Positions 60,600 through 64,000 of a DNA stretch of 64,000 nucleotides are shown one piece after another (within the stretch, counting starts at the first letter, position 1; each line of letters begins with the position of its first letter). A program made the translations under genes and the position numbers. The notes under the pieces are model-generated. The model had not been told where the DNA came from, ran no database searches, and saw only the letters and a program-made list of their open reading frames with translations. The stretch comes from Jatrophihabitans sp. (GTDB taxonomy: Bacteria > Actinomycetota > Actinomycetes > Mycobacteriales > Jatrophihabitantaceae). The stretch is taken from NCBI GenBank assembly GCA_036559305.1, contig DATBTJ010000051.1:1129-65128 (forward strand). Reading direction: 5' to 3'.

Positions 60600-61973
60600 G
60601 TGACCTCGATCGAGTCGCGGTCGTACTGCCGTGTCGTCGTGATCGCACCGTCGACCCGGGTCGATCTTGCCCTGCCGGCCGACGTGGCGATCATCGACCT
60701 GCTGCCGATGCTGCTGCAGTACACCGGCGAGGCACGCGACGACGGCGGCGGCACCCACGGCGGGTGGAAGCTGACCCGGGTCGGGCACGGCGAGCGCAGC
60801 GAACTGGAGGGCGGACGCACGCTGCGCTCCCTCGACGTCGCAGACGGCGAGGTCCTGCGGCTGACCGCGCGCGAGGACCGCACCGTCGCGCCGGTGTTCG
60901 ACGACATCGTCGACGCGATCGCCACCACGCGGCGCGAGCGGCTCAACACCCGCGCCATCAATCCCGGTGTCGGCGCGGGCGTGCTGGCCGCGGCGATGTC
61001 GGTCGCGGCGTTCACGCTGTTCGTCCGCGGCCGCAGCTATGTCGACGCCTACATCGCCGGCGCTGTCGCGCTGGCCCTGCTCGGCCTCGGCACGGCCACC
61101 GTGAAGGGCATCGGCGAGCGGATCATCGCCACCACTGCAGCCGCGTCGGGTGTGCCGTTCGCAGTGGTGTGCGGGCTGAACGCGGTGCCCGGCACCTACG
61201 GCCGGTGGGGGGTGCTGCTGGGCTCGACCCTGGCGCTGGTCTACTCGCTGGCCGCCTCGCTCGCGCTCGGCACCGGAACGGTGGTGTTCGCCGCCACGGC
61301 GATCGCGTCGTTCTTCGCCGCCGGCAGCGCGCTGATCGGCGGCCTGACCCACGTCCACGTCGTCCAGATCGTCGCCGGGACGATCGCCATCGCGCTCGCG
61401 GCGCTGTCGATCCTGCCCCGCCTCGCGGTGCGGCTGGCCCGGTTGCCGCTCGCGACCGTCCCCACCACCAGCGAAGACCTGTCCGAGACCGACGAGGTGG
61501 GCGACATCGACGACGTGTCGGCACGCGCCCGGGTCGCCGGCGAGTACCTCACCGGCACCCAGATCGGCTGTGCCGTGACGGTGGCGGTCAGCGGCACGCT
61601 GCTGCTCGGTGACGCCCCGACCCCGCTGTCGGTCGCGCTGGCCGCGACCGCACTGGTGGCGATGGCGCTGCGCGCCCGGTCGGTCAGCGGGCTCGGCGCG
61701 CGGATCGCGCTGGTCACCTCCGCGGCGGCCTGCGCGTTCGTCGCCGCTCTGGTCGCCGCCCTGCGGCACCGGCTGGGGACCGGCCTGACGCTGCTGGTCG
61801 CCGAACTGATCGCCGGGGCGCTCACCCTGGTCCTGTCGACGTCGGGCAGCCGGCGCCGGCCCTCGCCACAGACCCTGCGCCTGATCGACTTCTTCGAGGC
61901 CGCAGTGGTGGTGGCCGTGCTGCCGCTGGCGGTCGGCGTCATGGGCCTCTACGGCGTGCTGCGTTCGCTCTAG
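60600..61973 (+). CDS. eccD: type VII secretion integral membrane protein EccD
   Basis: Ubiquitin-like N-domain (CRVVVIAPSTRVDLALPADVAIIDLLPMLL) followed by about 11 TM helices. GTG at 60600 preferred over the track start at 60519. Confidence 0.88.
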   Translation: MTSIESRSYCRVVVIAPSTRVDLALPADVAIIDLLPMLLQYTGEARDDGGGTHGGWKLTRVGHGERSELEGGRTLRSLDVADGEVLRLTAREDRTVAPVFDDIVDAIATTRRERLNTRAINPGVGAGVLAAAMSVAAFTLFVRGRSYVDAYIAGAVALALLGLGTATVKGIGERIIATTAAASGVPFAVVCGLNAVPGTYGRWGVLLGSTLALVYSLAASLALGTGTVVFAATAIASFFAAGSALIGGLTHVHVVQIVAGTIAIALAALSILPRLAVRLARLPLATVPTTSEDLSETDEVGDIDDVSARARVAGEYLTGTQIGCAVTVAVSGTLLLGDAPTPLSVALAATALVAMALRARSVSGLGARIALVTSAAACAFVAALVAALRHRLGTGLTLLVAELIAGALTLVLSTSGSRRRPSPQTLRLIDFFEAAVVVAVLPLAVGVMGLYGVLRSL

Positions 61974-61977
61974 TGCC

Positions 61978-63417
61978 GTGACCGTCCGTCCCCGCGCCCT
62001 GCGTACGGCCGCCGTCGCCGCCGTGTCGATCGCCGCGCTGGCCGCTGCGGTGACCCTGGCCGGGCCCAGCGCCGCCGCACCGAAATCCCCGACGCCCGGG
62101 GCCAGCCCGACCCCGCCGCTGCACTACGTGAACACGACCAAGTGCGTGCAGCCCGGCAACATCGCGCAGACGCTGCGCAACGGGGTCTCGTGGGCCCAGA
62201 CCCAGCTGAACTACCCCGCGATGTGGTCGCTGGCCGACAGCGGCGCCGGGCAGACGGTGGCGGTGATCGACACCGGCGTCAATCGCGAGGCCGCCTTCGG
62301 CGACCGGCTGCAGCCCGGCGCCGACCTGGTCGTCGCCGGCGGCGACGGGCGCGACGACTGCGACGGTCACGGCACGGTCGTCGCGGGTCTCATCGCGGCC
62401 TCGCCCGACGCTCAGACCGGCTTCGCCGGGGTCGCGCCCGGTGCGCGCCTGATCGCGATCCGGCAGAGCAGCCTCGACTACGGCCTGAAAAATGCCAAGC
62501 AGAACGCCGGGCAGAACGTCGCCGGCACGACCTCGAGCCTGGCCGATGCCATCCGCTACGCCGTCGGCCGCGGTGCGCGGATCATCAACATCTCCGAGGC
62601 GAGCTGCCGCAACGGCAATGCGCCCGCCGACGCCGGCACGCTCGCAGTCGAGTCCGCGGTCCGCTACGCAGTGCTCCGCGACACGGTGATCGTCGCGGCG
62701 GCGGGCAACGTCGACAGCGCGTCGGACTGCAAGACCCAGAACGTGCCCGGCGAGAATCCGGCAACGATTCCCGTGCCCGCCGGGTTGCCCGGCGTGCTGA
62801 CCGTCGGCGCCGTGGACTCGGTGGGCCAGCCGGCCGCGTTCTCCCTCGCCGGTCCGTGGGTGGGGGTCGCCGCGCCGGGCGTCGACATCATCTCGACCAA
62901 TCCGCTGCCGGACAGCACCGGCCAGATCAACCGGTTCGTCACCACCTCGGGGGTCTCGCCCGTGCAGGGCACCAGCTTGGCCGCGCCCTACGTCACCGGC
63001 CTGGTCGCCCTCGTCCGGGCCCGCTTTCCCGCACTGCGTCCGCCGCAGGTCATCGCCCGCATCGAGCGCACCGCCGAGCACCCGTCCGCAGGCGGCGGTC
63101 GCGACGACTACGTCGGCTACGGGATGATCGACCCGCAGGCGGCGCTCACCGCGGTGCTGCCGGGCGAGGCCCAGCCGTCACCGGCACCGCGGCACGGTCC
63201 GCAGACGCTGCCCGCTGCGCAGCCGCACACCGATCCCGAGCACGATCAGCGGCTGTTCGCGCTGCTCGGCACGCTCGGGCTGTTCGTCGCGATTCTGATC
63301 GGCGTCATCATCACGTCCACAAGTCGTCGTCGTGGCGATCGGACGGTGGGTCGGCTGCCGGCGGCGGCCGGTCCGCGATCAGCCCGCGGGGCTCGCGCCG
63401 CTGGTCGCGGTCGGTAG
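61978..63417 (+). CDS. mycP: mycosin, S8 subtilisin-like serine protease of the type VII secretion system
   Basis: Signal peptide. Catalytic triad contexts VAVIDTGV, DGHGTVVAGLIAA and GTSLAAPYVTGLVALV. C-terminal TM anchor. Confidence 0.92.
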   Translation: MTVRPRALRTAAVAAVSIAALAAAVTLAGPSAAAPKSPTPGASPTPPLHYVNTTKCVQPGNIAQTLRNGVSWAQTQLNYPAMWSLADSGAGQTVAVIDTGVNREAAFGDRLQPGADLVVAGGDGRDDCDGHGTVVAGLIAASPDAQTGFAGVAPGARLIAIRQSSLDYGLKNAKQNAGQNVAGTTSSLADAIRYAVGRGARIINISEASCRNGNAPADAGTLAVESAVRYAVLRDTVIVAAAGNVDSASDCKTQNVPGENPATIPVPAGLPGVLTVGAVDSVGQPAAFSLAGPWVGVAAPGVDIISTNPLPDSTGQINRFVTTSGVSPVQGTSLAAPYVTGLVALVRARFPALRPPQVIARIERTAEHPSAGGGRDDYVGYGMIDPQAALTAVLPGEAQPSPAPRHGPQTLPAAQPHTDPEHDQRLFALLGTLGLFVAILIGVIITSTSRRRGDRTVGRLPAAAGPRSARGARAAGRGR

Positions 63418-64000
63418 CGACTTCGCGGCCGTGCCGGTCTGCGGGTAGAAGTGCACCGCCTGCGTCGGGTCGAGCGCGGGTCCGGACGGCAACAGGCTGA
63501 GCAGCTCCGGCGCGGTCGGCGCGATGTCCCTGGCCGTGTAGCCCAGCGCGACGAGCGCCGCACCGCTGACCACCGGATAGGACACCCCGTCGTCGGTGAT
63601 GACGAACAGGCCGTGCAGGCCGCCCTTCTGTTTCGGCGTCGCCGCAGTGAGCACGGCACCCATGCCTGGCTGCACGTACACCTGGTCGGCGACCAGCGCG
63701 CCCGGCCTGGTGACCGTGACCGGCTTCGCCCCGGCCGGCAGCGGGTCGCGGTCGACGGCGAAGATCCGCGTCGTGTTCAGGCCGATACCGGACCTGAACA
63801 CACAGATTCCCCGGTGGGCGGTGTAGTCGATGATGCTCGGACGCACCGTCGGGTACCTGGACAGATCGATGTGGTTGGCGCGCGGTGCATCGCGCAGCAC
63901 CTTCGGCGAGACCAGCGGCAGTTGCTTGTCCTGGTTGAACTGGTCGCGGATGAGGTCGCCGACCAGTGGGGTGACCGGCTGCACGCCGTCCTGCAACGCC
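63379..64000 (-). CDS. eccB: type VII secretion protein EccB (C-terminal part; N-terminus beyond the window edge)
   Basis: GLFVITDDGVSYPVVSGAALVALGY...LLSLLPSGPALDPTQA is typical of the EccB C-terminus. The reading frame stays open to position 64000, so the initial M in the track is an edge artefact. Confidence 0.85.
   Translation of the reverse strand, partial: ALQDGVQPVTPLVGDLIRDQFNQDKQLPLVSPKVLRDAPRANHIDLSRYPTVRPSIIDYTAHRGICVFRSGIGLNTTRIFAVDRDPLPAGAKPVTVTRPGALVADQVYVQPGMGAVLTAATPKQKGGLHGLFVITDDGVSYPVVSGAALVALGYTARDIAPTAPELLSLLPSGPALDPTQAVHFYPQTGTAAKSLPTATSGASPAG

Overview
Very GC-rich actinobacterial chromosomal segment with about 62 protein genes. I found no rRNA, tRNA, CRISPR array, transposase or integrase. 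All calls come from reading the supplied translations and the DNA by eye; no searches were run.

(1) 1-38.7 kb is housekeeping core. Its gene order recalls several Mycobacterium tuberculosis blocks:
- DUF3117, tag, LOG, dapE, dapD
- fdx, mshB, peptide ABC transporter, aminotransferase, typA, DEAD-box helicase
- MBL, murI, rhomboid, cysM-cysO-mec, clpS, pncB, pncA
- serB2-like, ctaD

(2) 38.9-47.3 kb is a four-gene envelope cluster: a giant membrane-anchored FN3/Cys-rich protein, a MoxR AAA+ ATPase, a DUF58 protein and a TgpA-like transglutaminase-fold membrane protein. The transglutaminase catalytic Cys and His appear to be substituted.

(3) 47.4-64 kb is an ESX/type VII secretion locus.
- Core genes: eccB (partial), mycP, eccD, eccC and two WXG100 genes.
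- A terminator-like hairpin follows the WXG100 pair.
- A nine-gene, tightly coupled accessory operon comes next. It holds three large W-x-G-bearing Gly/Pro-rich proteins, small helical partners, an EspG-like chaperone and a YbaB/EbfC-like protein.
- This accessory operon is the best candidate for something undescribed. Its two largest proteins share a C-terminal acidic-Trp-PVIGE tail.

Other points worth a second look:
- a SerB2-like protein lacking the HAD catalytic DxDxT motif
- tandem Q/G/Y/P-repeat membrane paralogues
- a frameshifted AbiEi/DUF559-type gene
- several perfect hairpins and phased repeats in intergenic DNA

Many long ORFs in the track are antisense shadow ORFs typical of high-GC DNA and were rejected.
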